Below the pieces are notes generated by a model that was not told where the DNA came from, did not search any database, and was given only the letters and a program-made list of their open reading frames with translations. From the IMG/VR virus record IMGVR_UViG_3300050014_000916, positions 5,028 through 69,027 of that record: DNA of 64,000 nt; one strand, given 5' to 3'. Source of the stretch: a virus. This document shows, piece by piece, positions 45,790-56,533 of the stretch. Each line of letters begins with the position of its first letter. Within the stretch, counting starts at the first letter, position 1. The translations under genes and the position numbers were made by a program.

Positions 45790-46206
45790 ATGATATTCGC
45801 AATAATAGGTCAAAGTAGTGCAACAGTAGGTCATCAGTACGTTATCATGGGAATGATCGCAATCACTATCGCAATTCTTTCCACGACCATTATTACTGCA
45901 ATGAAAGCACTCAAGAAAAAGGGTATTGAAATGAAACTCATGCAACAGCAACATATTGCAAAAATTGACATGATAAGAAAAGAACAATCAGACGTATTGG
46001 AAAAAATCAGACTGGAAATGTTAAAACGTGAAGAAGAAAGAACACGTCAATGGATGGAAAGCGAAAAAGAAGCGTTACATCTATTGAATGGTGTTTCTAT
46101 TATTTTGGATTTGAGCGACAAACTTAGTAGAGTTGAGGGAGAAAAACTCATGAAAAAACTTGAAGAGCTTCAAACTCAAATTAAAAACATAACATCGAAA
46201 GACTAA
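45790..46206 (+). CDS. TM + coiled-coil protein (possible lysis protein)
   Basis: One hydrophobic helix followed by heptads. Confidence 0.5.
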   Translation: MIFAIIGQSSATVGHQYVIMGMIAITIAILSTTIITAMKALKKKGIEMKLMQQQHIAKIDMIRKEQSDVLEKIRLEMLKREEERTRQWMESEKEALHLLNGVSIILDLSDKLSRVEGEKLMKKLEELQTQIKNITSKD

Positions 46207-46218
46207 TTTTAATTAAAA

Positions 46219-46380
46219 ATGACAAAAATTGAGAAGCTCAAGGAACTAAATGTGCAGCTTAGTACAATAGTAAAAGAATTGGAAATGCGCATTTTTATCG
46301 AAAACGTTGATGATGTTAGAGATAGGAAAAAGTTTGAAGAGAGTCCCAGAGTTCATGCTGAACTAAATCAACAACTATAA
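46219..46380 (+). CDS. Small hypothetical protein (53 aa)
   Basis: Manual translation MTKIEKLKELNVQLSTIVKELEMR..; fills intergenic gap. Confidence 0.45.
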   Translation: MTKIEKLKELNVQLSTIVKELEMRIFIENVDDVRDRKKFEESPRVHAELNQQL

Positions 46381-46405
46381 CTATTTATATACAAAGATAT
46401 TTAAC

Positions 46406-48310
46406 ATGAGTAAGATTTTACAAGCAGGGCAGACAGGATTTGGTATTTTGATCGAACATGATGCTGGATTTATTAGTGCTGATCTCAATCCACAATTTTT
46501 AACTGAAGCATTTGTAATTAAGCCAAATGAACCTGTATTAATAACATGTATATTACAGAAATGGGGTGTTAAAAACAAAAACGGCAGGATATATCCTAAA
46601 GCGGTTTTAGTACCACAGGTCAATTTATATCAAGATTTAATTAATACTAATAGTGCAGTTTCTGAAGCCGACCATCCCGACTGCGTCCAAGCATCTAATT
46701 CAGAGATACTTACAAAAGATGGTTGGAAATTAATTAAAAATATTTCAGAGGATGAAGAAATATTAACATTGAATAATTTAACTAACCAAATTGAAATTCA
46801 GAGAATTGAAAAGAAAATATATTTACCATATAAAGGTAAAATGTATAAATTTTCTGGTCAAAATATTGATATGACAGTCACTGCTAATCATAGATTTTTA
46901 CTTGAAAATTCAAAGGGTGAAAGAAATTATTTTTTTGCTGAAGATATTTTTAATAATAAAAAAAATGTTTTTTCTTCTGGTCATTATAAGTTATTAAAAA
47001 CAGGCGAATGGACGGGTCAATATAATGAATATTATACATTAAATGGTGTTAACAGAAATTCATTAAGTTTCAATATGAAACATGATTTAATTGAAAAATA
47101 TACACAACCAATTGATGTTAAGTCTGAAGATTGGTTTGCATTTATGGGTATTTATTTAGCTGAAGGACATTGTGGTGGTACAAAGTCTAATCAATATAAA
47201 TTGAAGGGATATGATGTTGTTATAACACAGAAAAATGAAGAAAAAAAGAAAATTATTGTAGAATTATTAAATAAATTACCGTTTAAATATTGGATTGATG
47301 AGCATGATAATGGAAAATGTCAATATCATATAGCTGATGCAAGATTATACAATTATTTATTTCCATTAGGACATTCACATAATAAATTTATTCCAGTTGA
47401 ATTAAAACAAGCATCATCAGATTTATTGAAAATATTTTTTAATTGGTTTCAGATTGGTGATGGAAGATCAGTTAAATCAAAGTACGAAAATTGGTCAAAT
47501 AAAGAATCGGTTTTTTCAACATCAAAACAATTGATTGACGATTTGCATGAAATTCTAATTAAAATTGATGGAAACGGTAACATTACTACTTATCAACCTA
47601 AAGATAGATATTTAGTTGATCATTCGGTATTGAAAAGAGAGGTTATTTTATCTGATGGAACAGTTGAATATATCAATGAAGATATAAAAGAAAAAAGATT
47701 AGTTAAGGCTGAAAATAGTCATCTTCAATATAATTTAAATATATCAAAACGAAAAAATATTTGGCTTGATAAAAGAAGTATAACAATAAATAAAATTGAT
47801 TTTGATGAAGAAATTGCTTGTGTTAGGGTAGCCAATAGCAATTTCATGATTAGAGTAAATGGTAAATCACATTGGACTGGAAACTCTTCTATTATTTCTT
47901 TACAAAATCTCTCACATATGATAACAAAAATGTGGTGGGGAACTGGTGATAAAGAAAATGTTTTATATGGTCAATTAAAAATTATTGTAACTCGTGGATA
48001 TATTAATTATGGCGTATGTTCAGTTATTGGTGATAAGATTGTTCTGTATCTTGAAAATAAAATAAGATTAGGTATTTCCAGCCGTGGAGTTGGTACACTT
48101 AAAGAAATTAATGGTGAAAATCTCGTACAAGGAGACTTCGAACTAATTGGTTTTGACTTAGTTGCATCACCAAGTACCCCGGGCGCATTTCTTATGCCAG
48201 AAAAACAAGGCGATAAATCTGTTGGCGAGAATTATGTGCAGAAAAACGGTATATATCTTAAGGAAGACGAACAAAAAATAGTAACTGCTGTTAATAAGTT
48301 CTTATTGTAA
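46406..48310 (+). CDS. Prohead protease (T4 gp21-like) with intein
   Basis: NKNGRIYP, EADHPD, GISSRGVG, FDLVASPSTPGA. Confidence 0.93.
   Translation: MSKILQAGQTGFGILIEHDAGFISADLNPQFLTEAFVIKPNEPVLITCILQKWGVKNKNGRIYPKAVLVPQVNLYQDLINTNSAVSEADHPDCVQASNSEILTKDGWKLIKNISEDEEILTLNNLTNQIEIQRIEKKIYLPYKGKMYKFSGQNIDMTVTANHRFLLENSKGERNYFFAEDIFNNKKNVFSSGHYKLLKTGEWTGQYNEYYTLNGVNRNSLSFNMKHDLIEKYTQPIDVKSEDWFAFMGIYLAEGHCGGTKSNQYKLKGYDVVITQKNEEKKKIIVELLNKLPFKYWIDEHDNGKCQYHIADARLYNYLFPLGHSHNKFIPVELKQASSDLLKIFFNWFQIGDGRSVKSKYENWSNKESVFSTSKQLIDDLHEILIKIDGNGNITTYQPKDRYLVDHSVLKREVILSDGTVEYINEDIKEKRLVKAENSHLQYNLNISKRKNIWLDKRSITINKIDFDEEIACVRVANSNFMIRVNGKSHWTGNSSIISLQNLSHMITKMWWGTGDKENVLYGQLKIIVTRGYINYGVCSVIGDKIVLYLENKIRLGISSRGVGTLKEINGENLVQGDFELIGFDLVASPSTPGAFLMPEKQGDKSVGENYVQKNGIYLKEDEQKIVTAVNKFLL
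46682..47884 (+). mobile_element. Intein with LAGLIDADG endonuclease in prohead protease
   Basis: D|CVQAS..TANHRF..GIYLAEG..WTGN|S. Confidence 0.9.
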
Positions 48311-48453
48311 TGGAATTTATAAGCGCATAAGATAGTTATAATTTTTCTTAAAAACAAGAAAATTAAGGTTGTTTTTATAAAAAAAAATGCTTTTTGGTAA
48401 AAATAACGTATTTATATAAAAATTATAGTATTAGTAAGGACATTTTTAATAAC

Positions 48454-50073
48454 ATGGAAAACGAAAAAAAATCGATAGTAAAGGAAGCGTTAGTTGATTT
48501 TAAAAATATTCAACAAGCTGCGGATGCTAATGCTAAGAAAAGATTGGCTGCAGAATTCCCAAAAGAATTCGGCAATATTTTGAAAGAAGAATTAAATAAA
48601 AATAAACCAGCGAAAGAATCCTATAAAAAACTGGATGAAGCTGAATCAAATAAAGAAACTGATATGAAAAATTTAACAAATGAGACCCCAAAGGTTGTTA
48701 AGGAAGCTGCAGGTAAAGGTTTACCATTTAATACAAAAGCAAAAGGTGTACAAAAAGTAGCAGAAGATGTAAAAATTACTGATACTGTAGGTAAAGGTGA
48801 ACCTTTTGATGAAAAAGCAAAAGGCGTACAGAAAATTGCTGAAGAACGTGAAAAAGATTTCATGGGCGATGTAGAAGGCGAAACACCAAACCAAGGTAAA
48901 GGTGAAGCTGAAAAAGGTAAAATATTTAACGAAAAGCTCAAAGGTCCGACCTCTGGCAAACCAATTGCTAATACAAAAAAAGACGTATCAGAGAATTATG
49001 ATTTAACAGAACTTGATATGAGTGGTGTAGGTACAGCATTAGAAGGTGCAGACAACATGGATGAAGTTCTTTCACTGGAACAAATTGAAGAAGAAATTAA
49101 CGCTATGGAAACAGCAAATGAAGAACTTGCTGGCGGTGGAACACCATCAGTAGGAAGTCCATATGAAGGACTTGTTGAAATGCGTGATAAACTTGATGGT
49201 ATGATTAAAGGCATGGGTAGCATGGGTGAGCAGAAAAACAACGGTGGCAAAGGTGCAAACGTAGTTATGGCTGGCGGTCCTAACCAAGCTAAAATTGATG
49301 AACTTGATGTTTATGAACAAAAAAATAATGGTGGACAAGGTGCTAACAAAGTAAATGCTGGCGGTCCTACCCAACCTATGATTGATGAAGTAGGTAGTGA
49401 AGACGAAATCACTCCTGAAATGATTGATCAAGTATTAGGTCAAAAAGAAGAAAAACCTGTTGAAGAAAGTCTTACACAGACATTAGGAAATATGAAGAAA
49501 GTTCCTTCAACTTCAATCCCGGGTGTTGATTACAAGAGCACAGGCGCAGTTAATAAAATGCGTTCAGGTTTACGTACAGAATCAGAGAAAAAGATTAGTG
49601 GTTTAATCGAAGTTAACAAAAAATTAGCTAAGAAATTAAACGAAACTAAAAAATATAAAGAATCCGTTACAGGATTAGTTGAAAGTTATAAGTCCGCACT
49701 TGACAAGTATCGCAGTCAGTTAAAAGAAATGGCAGTTTTCAATACCAATTTGGCACACGTCAATAATTTATTGGTTAACGAAGAGTTGGCATTAACGCAA
49801 GAGGACAAGATTAAGATCATCGACGAATTTAAAAAAGTCGATAGTATTGTTGCTTCACAGAAGGTGTATAAAAACTTCCTTACAGAAATGAAGGGTGGAA
49901 AGAAAACACTTACTGAAAGTATTGAGGATAAAGTATCAGCTTCTATACAGCCATCTTCAAAACAAAAACTTGATGAAGTAGTAGAAAAAACAGCCTATAC
50001 CAATGATAAACATATCATGAGAATGAGAAAAATCATGGAAACTATAGAGCATAGAGGCAAAAAAATAATTTAA
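48454..50073 (+). CDS. Prohead scaffold/core protein
   Basis: Position between protease and capsid; coiled coil; internal repeats. Confidence 0.75.
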   Translation: MENEKKSIVKEALVDFKNIQQAADANAKKRLAAEFPKEFGNILKEELNKNKPAKESYKKLDEAESNKETDMKNLTNETPKVVKEAAGKGLPFNTKAKGVQKVAEDVKITDTVGKGEPFDEKAKGVQKIAEEREKDFMGDVEGETPNQGKGEAEKGKIFNEKLKGPTSGKPIANTKKDVSENYDLTELDMSGVGTALEGADNMDEVLSLEQIEEEINAMETANEELAGGGTPSVGSPYEGLVEMRDKLDGMIKGMGSMGEQKNNGGKGANVVMAGGPNQAKIDELDVYEQKNNGGQGANKVNAGGPTQPMIDEVGSEDEITPEMIDQVLGQKEEKPVEESLTQTLGNMKKVPSTSIPGVDYKSTGAVNKMRSGLRTESEKKISGLIEVNKKLAKKLNETKKYKESVTGLVESYKSALDKYRSQLKEMAVFNTNLAHVNNLLVNEELALTQEDKIKIIDEFKKVDSIVASQKVYKNFLTEMKGGKKTLTESIEDKVSASIQPSSKQKLDEVVEKTAYTNDKHIMRMRKIMETIEHRGKKII

Positions 50074-50097
50074 GAAAAAATTTAAAACCTTAATAAA

Positions 50098-51777
50098 ATG
50101 GGATTTTTAATGGAAAGTGCGGAAGTTGGCAATATTGGATTAAAACAACTCCGTGAACAAAGAGAAATAACAACAAACCGTTGGGAAAAAATCGGTCTTC
50201 TTGAAGGTCTTGAAGGTAACGTAAAAGAGAATTGCGCACAGCTTTTCGAAAACCAGTTATCACACATGATCAACGAGTCTTCAGATTCAAGCAATAGCGG
50301 ACAGTTCGAAACTGTTGCATTCCCTGTAATCCGTAGAGTATTTGCAAAATTACTTGCAAACGATATCGTGTCTGTACAAGCACTTAACTTACCTATTGGT
50401 AAATTGTACTATATTAACCCTAAAGCAAGCGTAAGAGTTGATCAATCACCTAATTTCAATCACACATCACCAGATGGTGCTTATGGAAACGCTGCTGAAA
50501 AAGCATTGAGCGCAAAAACTCAATTCGAAAGTCGTTCATTATACGATGCATTCTATGCAACTGAGTATGCTGAAGAAGGTACATCATTATTTGATCGCTC
50601 AAAAGGCGACATGATTGTTGTTACTGGTACAACTACTGCATCTGCATGGGTTGTTGGTGTTGATAAATATGTTACCTTAACACTTGCTGGTTTCAGTATC
50701 ACAAATGAAGGTAAATTAATCGGTCCTGCTGGTGTTCCTATGGATACTGAATCTTTCCTTGCTGGTTTGAGAATAACCGCAAGTGTTAAATTAGTAGCTC
50801 CTGCACCTTATGCAACTGACGGTTCAATTACTGCTGGACAGGCTATTCCTTTCAACGTTAAAGTTCAAAAATACGGACAGGCAATCGTTGACAAAACTGG
50901 AAAAATCGTTCTTATAGCTGACGTACAATATGCTGGAACTAATGGTTACAGTGCATTAAGCGCAACAACTGTATCAACTGGTATCACTTTCACTGCAACT
51001 TACAGAGTATACAGTGACCTTGAAGAAGATTCAAGAATGGCTGAAGTAACTTTCGTACTTGACCAAGTAACAGTATCTGTAGAAACACGTAAAATGCGTG
51101 CTATGTGGACACCTGAACTTGCACAGGACGTTAGTGCATTCCACAACATTGACGCTGAAGCAGAGTTAACAGCTTTACTTTCAGAACAAATGGCTGCTGA
51201 AATTGACCGTGAAATTCTTCGTGACCTAAGACGTGGCGCAGCATGGACAGCAAGATGGGACTATAATGGTCTCCGTAAAGGAACTAACACTTACTACGGT
51301 GTTCAGAAAGACTGGAATCAAACATTGATCACAAAGATCAACCAGATTTCAGCACAGATTCACAAAGCAACCTTAAGAGGTGGCGCATCATGGGTAGTAG
51401 TATCCCCAGAAGTTAGTGCAGTATTCGATGACCTTGAATATTTCCACGTATCTAACGCTGCTCCAGAGCAGGATAAATACAACATGGGTATTGAGAAAAT
51501 TGGTACTCTTAGTGGACGTTATCAGGTATATCGTGACCCATACGCACCAGCTAACACAGTATTAGTTGGACATAAAGGAACAAGTATCTTGGAAACAGGT
51601 TACATCTACGCTCCTTACGTACCAATGCAGTTAACCCCTGTAATGTATAACCCATTTGATTTCACACCAATCCGTGGTATCATGACACGTTATGCAAAGA
51701 AAATGGTACTTAACAGATACTATGGTAGAATCTTCTGCGATGGTCTTCAGACCTTCGGAATTGGTGACTTACAGTAA
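50098..51777 (+). CDS. Major capsid protein (T4 gp23-like)
   Basis: WTPELAQD, EIDREI, GYIYAPYVP, RGIMTRY. Confidence 0.96.
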   Translation: MGFLMESAEVGNIGLKQLREQREITTNRWEKIGLLEGLEGNVKENCAQLFENQLSHMINESSDSSNSGQFETVAFPVIRRVFAKLLANDIVSVQALNLPIGKLYYINPKASVRVDQSPNFNHTSPDGAYGNAAEKALSAKTQFESRSLYDAFYATEYAEEGTSLFDRSKGDMIVVTGTTTASAWVVGVDKYVTLTLAGFSITNEGKLIGPAGVPMDTESFLAGLRITASVKLVAPAPYATDGSITAGQAIPFNVKVQKYGQAIVDKTGKIVLIADVQYAGTNGYSALSATTVSTGITFTATYRVYSDLEEDSRMAEVTFVLDQVTVSVETRKMRAMWTPELAQDVSAFHNIDAEAELTALLSEQMAAEIDREILRDLRRGAAWTARWDYNGLRKGTNTYYGVQKDWNQTLITKINQISAQIHKATLRGGASWVVVSPEVSAVFDDLEYFHVSNAAPEQDKYNMGIEKIGTLSGRYQVYRDPYAPANTVLVGHKGTSILETGYIYAPYVPMQLTPVMYNPFDFTPIRGIMTRYAKKMVLNRYYGRIFCDGLQTFGIGDLQ

Positions 51778-51796
51778 TCAATAGATAAATAAAAAG

Positions 51797-51822
51797 AAAG
51801 GTGTCGATAGACACCTTTTTTT
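51797..51822 (+). terminator. Terminator after capsid gene
   Basis: AAAGGTGTC-GATA-GACACCTTTTTTT. Confidence 0.8.
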
Positions 51823-51862
51823 GTTTTTATAAAGTATTTATGGTTGTAACTATTATGGTGGA

Positions 51863-52306
51863 ATGAAAAAGTTAATACTTCTTGTCATATTGTTCTTTGG
51901 ATTTATTGTACTGAATGCGCAGTCGGTTGAAAAAAGCATGAAGTTTGAGGATTTTGGTACATGGGATAAAACAATATCGCCAGTAAACAAGATTAGCATA
52001 TCTTCATACGTAGTAAAAAGAGTTCTGGTTTATGATGATCAAAAAAAAGCCAGTGATTCACCGAAATACAGATACGAGCTAATTGTGGTGAGTAATTCAA
52101 TTTATAATAACAAACCAACGAAGACTTGGATATATGGCACAAGAGTATTCATTGATGACAAAGAAGCAACGATTTCACAATCACCAGATGGATTTACGGC
52201 AATAATTAATACAGAGCCAACAGTAATTTTTAGGTATGAAAGCAGCTTGGATACGATTAATATTAAAATCACTTGGAAAAGTTCTCAATATTTTAGGGGT
52301 AGGTAA
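51863..52306 (+). CDS. Secreted/periplasmic hypothetical protein
   Basis: Signal peptide ..VLNAQ. Confidence 0.6.
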   Translation: MKKLILLVILFFGFIVLNAQSVEKSMKFEDFGTWDKTISPVNKISISSYVVKRVLVYDDQKKASDSPKYRYELIVVSNSIYNNKPTKTWIYGTRVFIDDKEATISQSPDGFTAIINTEPTVIFRYESSLDTINIKITWKSSQYFRGR

Positions 52307-52346
52307 ATGGTTGAAAAATAAATGGTATAAAGAAAAAAAGAAAAAC

Positions 52347-52760
52347 ATGGGACTAAAACAAATTAGTGGAAGCACACAGGTAGTATTTACAGTAAAAACA
52401 TTTATTGCATTTATAATTGCAATGTTATCATTTTTTTATGGTTTCTACCAACTTGTAGTAGTTCCGAGAATGAACACTACCGATGCAATGATTATAGAAC
52501 AAAAAGAACAAAATAAGGCAACTGCTTCAGAACTTATTAAAATTAATACCTCAATTGGTACTTTAACAGGTACACTTCAAGTGCTTGTACAAGAAAAATC
52601 AACCGTTCAGGCAAGCACAAATACTGGTGGTTCATTTAGTAATAATTCCACAAGTAAAAATACTGACAATAGTAATACTCGTCCTAATACTGATAATAGC
52701 AATAGTGGCAGTGGCAGACATTTAAGTAACGGAAGTAATACTGCCAGTGTCTCACATTAA
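52347..52760 (+). CDS. TM + coiled-coil protein
   Basis: FIAFIIAMLSFFYGFY helix; S/N-rich tail. Confidence 0.55.
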   Translation: MGLKQISGSTQVVFTVKTFIAFIIAMLSFFYGFYQLVVVPRMNTTDAMIIEQKEQNKATASELIKINTSIGTLTGTLQVLVQEKSTVQASTNTGGSFSNNSTSKNTDNSNTRPNTDNSNSGSGRHLSNGSNTASVSH

Positions 52761-53065
52761 TCTTCTTTTATTTCAATTGTCTTAAATACTCCAAAGACTT
52801 TTCTGAAATCATCATAAACTTTGATTCGTTCAGCCATTTTATCATATACTTTTGATATATGTTCATTGAGCGATTTTAAATCAATGTTCATTGCATCATG
52901 ATCTTCACTGAAAATAACCCATTGTTTGGATTCGGCAGAAGTAAAAGCATAATCCTTAAATTTAACCTTATATTGACCATAAAATGAGATACTTTCATCC
53001 AATGGGTCGAAAGTCACGAGAATTCTCTCATCGGCTTTACCTTCAATATGAATTAACCATTCCAT
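52757..53065 (-). CDS. Hypothetical protein
   Basis: 102 aa ORF. Confidence 0.55.
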   Translation of the reverse strand: MEWLIHIEGKADERILVTFDPLDESISFYGQYKVKFKDYAFTSAESKQWVIFSEDHDAMNIDLKSLNEHISKVYDKMAERIKVYDDFRKVFGVFKTIEIKED

Positions 53066-53075
53066 AATTTAAATA

Positions 53076-53420
53076 TTAATAGTTACAAATTCTTATTTTT
53101 AATTTATATTGTTTTGCTAAATCAATCATATGACCTGTGCCTTTACTTGTACCATCCCAGAAAGCAATCAGTGCATCACCATACTCAGCCATTTGCTTAT
53201 TCCTGATATAACCTGCTGATCTGCCTTTATTCCAGTCTGCAGGAAATCTGGTTGTTTTATACCCTCTTTCAATTGCGTATCTTTCACCCAGATGATCAGC
53301 ACCCTTCGCTGCACCACTGACAATTTCGATATCCTGTTGATCTTTAAGAACTTTATCACAGAACTCCCGTAGTTTCTGGTAATCATCAAAATCTCTACCA
53401 CCAGCTATTATTACTTTCAT
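53076..53420 (-). CDS. SLOG/YspA-like (DUF2493) protein
   Basis: IIAGGRDF, SGAAKGAD, AGYIRN, FWDGTSKGT. Confidence 0.85.
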   Translation of the reverse strand: MKVIIAGGRDFDDYQKLREFCDKVLKDQQDIEIVSGAAKGADHLGERYAIERGYKTTRFPADWNKGRSAGYIRNKQMAEYGDALIAFWDGTSKGTGHMIDLAKQYKLKIRICNY

Positions 53421-53776
53421 TATTTAGCAGGTATAATTTTTTCTTCAGGATAACACCTATCAAACCATTCTTTTACACTTTCATCAGGGTCGCCATTATC
53501 ACTTAAATGAAAAGCATACCTCTTAATAATCGCTATTATTTCCTCTCTGGTATAAACTTTAAGCGGTATAATATCTGTACAGAATGAATTATCGTCTTCA
53601 CCAATTACATAAGATTCTTTCGATTCAAACATTGCAGCCATATTTACATCAGAATTTCCAACAAGACCATCCAATATGCCTGATTTTTCCCAACGATTAA
53701 TCGTTTCTTCTTTTACTTTGTGAAGTTGTTCTAAACCATTAACGGGTTTTTCGGTTGTTTTTTTAGTTTTCTTCAT
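53420..53776 (-). CDS. Protein resembling the major capsid protein N-terminus
   Basis: TINRWEKSGILDGLVGN vs capsid TTNRWEKIGLLEGLEGN. Confidence 0.6.
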   Translation of the reverse strand: MKKTKKTTEKPVNGLEQLHKVKEETINRWEKSGILDGLVGNSDVNMAAMFESKESYVIGEDDNSFCTDIIPLKVYTREEIIAIIKRYAFHLSDNGDPDESVKEWFDRCYPEEKIIPAK

Positions 53777-53881
53777 AACATCTTTTTTAATAAATAACTT
53801 AAAGAAAAATATTCTCCTTTTTCTTTAGCACAAATTTCATAATAAATCCGTTTATAGTAAAACATCTTTACTTTCATCTCA

Positions 53882-55369
53882 TCAATTTTCTTCATCTATC
53901 CAAGTTCTATCATAAATTAATTCCAATTTTGCTCTGGTTATTGCCACATATTCCAAGTTTTTTTCCTGAATATACTGCCAACCCTTGACGTTTTGCATTG
54001 GTAGTAAGTCTGGGCGTATAATAAATACTCTGTCTGCTTCCAAACCTTTGATTTTATGTACTGTACTCAAAACAATACCCTGAATTTCGTCAGTAAATAT
54101 GGTTTTAATACTTGCTTTAAGGTCTGTTATATTCGTACTGAGTCTGGCAAGGAATAACAATGTTCTGACTTTATCTTCAAGCGCACTGTAACCACTATGT
54201 TCATATGGATTAAGTATACCATCAGCTTTTAAGTCTCTCTTAAAACTATCGAGTTCTGCTTCCCAGAAACTAATAAGTTTTTCAATTGTTGTGATCTTAC
54301 CAATTAACTCAATCAGATGTACACCAATATCCGAACCTTTAATTATTGCTTTTTTCTTCTGTGTTAAAAACTGAAAAAATAGTTTTACCAATGGCATAGT
54401 TGTTCTACAAAGAATAAAGTCACCACTACGTGCTTCACTGACAACACTACCGTCCCTTACAAGACCTTCTGGTGCATCTGGGAGTGCTTTGATGTCTGGA
54501 ACGATCTTCTGTGCTTCTTTTATAACATTTTGTGAGCATCTGAACGATACAGAAAGTGGTAAAATCTTAGTATTAGGAAATTTTTCAAACCATTCAAAAG
54601 ATTTTTCATCAGCAGCGTTAAATCCATAGATTCCCTGAAAGAAATCACCTACACTGATCAGTCTACCTGTGATTTTCTTACTAATTCTGTCTTTCTTCAA
54701 AATCTTTTCCACAATTTTTATCTGGCAACGATTTAAATCCTGAATTTCATCAACGAAAACATAATCCTGTGGGAAAAACCATATACCATTATCAATTGCT
54801 GGTAGATAAATTTCATCTGTGAAATCATATGTGTCCCTGTTGACTGACATCTCATCCAATACTTTAAGTACCCTCTTGATATCCTTTGGTTTTGTGAGGT
54901 TTATGTCATATCTGTCAGCAATGTACGGTATGTATTCAGCCTTATGGGTTAAGGTAAGTCTACAAAGATTGCTGAGTTTCTTAATATTGTTCAAATAATT
55001 ATTAATTGCTTCCTCATCTTTAAGTTCTTCATCCAAATTCCAAGATTTTGCTTTTCTCTGAATTATTTTATCTGCTTTAAATTCATCGAATTGAATACTA
55101 TCACCGTATTTTCTCTTAATTGCACCAGTACCAATGCCGTATGTGGTATAACAACGAATACCCTCATTTAATTTACTTTTAAGTTCTTCCTGAATATGCT
55201 TATTAAATGCTAAAAATATAATATTTTTATCTTTGGGCAATAAATTAACTGCTTCAACAATAGTGCTGGTTTTACCTGTCCCGGCATATGCCCTAATTAA
55301 TATATTTTCATGTCTTTTTTTAATAAAAGTAAATATTCTTTCCTGTTCAGGAGTTGGTTTATGGTTCAT
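53882..55369 (-). CDS. UvrD/SF1 helicase
   Basis: AYAGTGKT, VDEIQD, VGDFFQGIYGF, STVHKIKGLE, YVAITRAK. Confidence 0.92.
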   Translation of the reverse strand: MNHKPTPEQERIFTFIKKRHENILIRAYAGTGKTSTIVEAVNLLPKDKNIIFLAFNKHIQEELKSKLNEGIRCYTTYGIGTGAIKRKYGDSIQFDEFKADKIIQRKAKSWNLDEELKDEEAINNYLNNIKKLSNLCRLTLTHKAEYIPYIADRYDINLTKPKDIKRVLKVLDEMSVNRDTYDFTDEIYLPAIDNGIWFFPQDYVFVDEIQDLNRCQIKIVEKILKKDRISKKITGRLISVGDFFQGIYGFNAADEKSFEWFEKFPNTKILPLSVSFRCSQNVIKEAQKIVPDIKALPDAPEGLVRDGSVVSEARSGDFILCRTTMPLVKLFFQFLTQKKKAIIKGSDIGVHLIELIGKITTIEKLISFWEAELDSFKRDLKADGILNPYEHSGYSALEDKVRTLLFLARLSTNITDLKASIKTIFTDEIQGIVLSTVHKIKGLEADRVFIIRPDLLPMQNVKGWQYIQEKNLEYVAITRAKLELIYDRTWIDEEN

Positions 55370-55372
55370 TAT

Positions 55373-56323
55373 TTATTTAATTTTTAAATTAAATTGATTA
55401 TTATTAGGTTGTTTCATGTGTAAACATATTTCATTGAGCCAATTATTTCTATGCGCTGAATCATATGCTGAAGATGATTCCAAGTGAAAATCATTTCTTT
55501 TATTATATTTAATTGCCTCGTTTTTACAATTTTCATATGTCCAATAATATATTGGTTTTACAATTTCTATCATATGTGAGCAAATTTCATTAAGGCAATT
55601 ATTTCTTCGTGCAGCATTATATGCACCACAAGATTTTTTTTGAAATTCACTTCTCGTATTATATTTTAAAGCCTCTTTCATAAGATTCTTGATACTCCAT
55701 TTAAATATATTACCACCCAAACCGCCTCCCTTTATTTTATTTAATAAAAACCAATTATTCTTTCTATATTCATTAATAAAAAAAATTTCATTAATCGCAG
55801 CATCAGATTCATCAATGGGCGTATTGACCAACATTTTAAATGTTGGATTTAATTTAGTTTTTTTAATATAATTTAAAACTGCTGAATCTGCGGAATTGAT
55901 TAATCCAAGATGTACTTTATTCCTTTTGTTCATATCATACGTTAATCCAACATAAACGTGATTATCAATGAATTCAAATGCATAAACATATCTTTTTTTA
56001 TGTGTTTGATTTGTTACCATATGTGAGCATATTTCATTAAGCCAACCATTTTTTCGTGCAGCATTATATGCACTACTGGAATTTTCAATAAATTTACTTC
56101 TATTTTGATATTTTAATGCCTCAATATGACATCTATCCAACACCCAATAATTAGGTGGATTGATGACCTTTTTCATATGCTGACACAATTCATCAACCCA
56201 ATTATTCTTAATCACCTTATTATAAGCAGTTGGTGATCTATGTTTAAATTCGTTTTTTGTGTTATACTTTAATGCTTCTTTACTACAAACATCTTTACTC
56301 CAATAATTTGCCGATTTTCTCAT
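55373..56323 (-). CDS. GIY-YIG homing endonuclease flanked by repeated helical domains
   Basis: YVYAFEF..VYVGLT; four EALKY..AY..W..ICxHM repeats. Confidence 0.8.
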   Translation of the reverse strand: MRKSANYWSKDVCSKEALKYNTKNEFKHRSPTAYNKVIKNNWVDELCQHMKKVINPPNYWVLDRCHIEALKYQNRSKFIENSSSAYNAARKNGWLNEICSHMVTNQTHKKRYVYAFEFIDNHVYVGLTYDMNKRNKVHLGLINSADSAVLNYIKKTKLNPTFKMLVNTPIDESDAAINEIFFINEYRKNNWFLLNKIKGGGLGGNIFKWSIKNLMKEALKYNTRSEFQKKSCGAYNAARRNNCLNEICSHMIEIVKPIYYWTYENCKNEAIKYNKRNDFHLESSSAYDSAHRNNWLNEICLHMKQPNNNQFNLKIK

Positions 56324-56533
56324 TTATTCATATTTTTCACAAAAATATTCTTTGCATTTATATGGTTTATCATTTTGAATTGTACATTTATTATTCTTAA
56401 AATAAGGGCATTGATCAGTCCAGATATAATTGCCAAATACAATAAATTCTTTAAATAATGATTTTTCATACTCACTTGTTAATCTTAAAAGCCAATGTTT
56501 TTTACAACATTTACCACAACCAATACAAATCAT
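56324..56533 (-). CDS. YkgJ-like CxxCxxCC protein
   Basis: CIGCGKCC..CPY..C..C. Confidence 0.7.
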   Translation of the reverse strand: MICIGCGKCCKKHWLLRLTSEYEKSLFKEFIVFGNYIWTDQCPYFKNNKCTIQNDKPYKCKEYFCEKYE

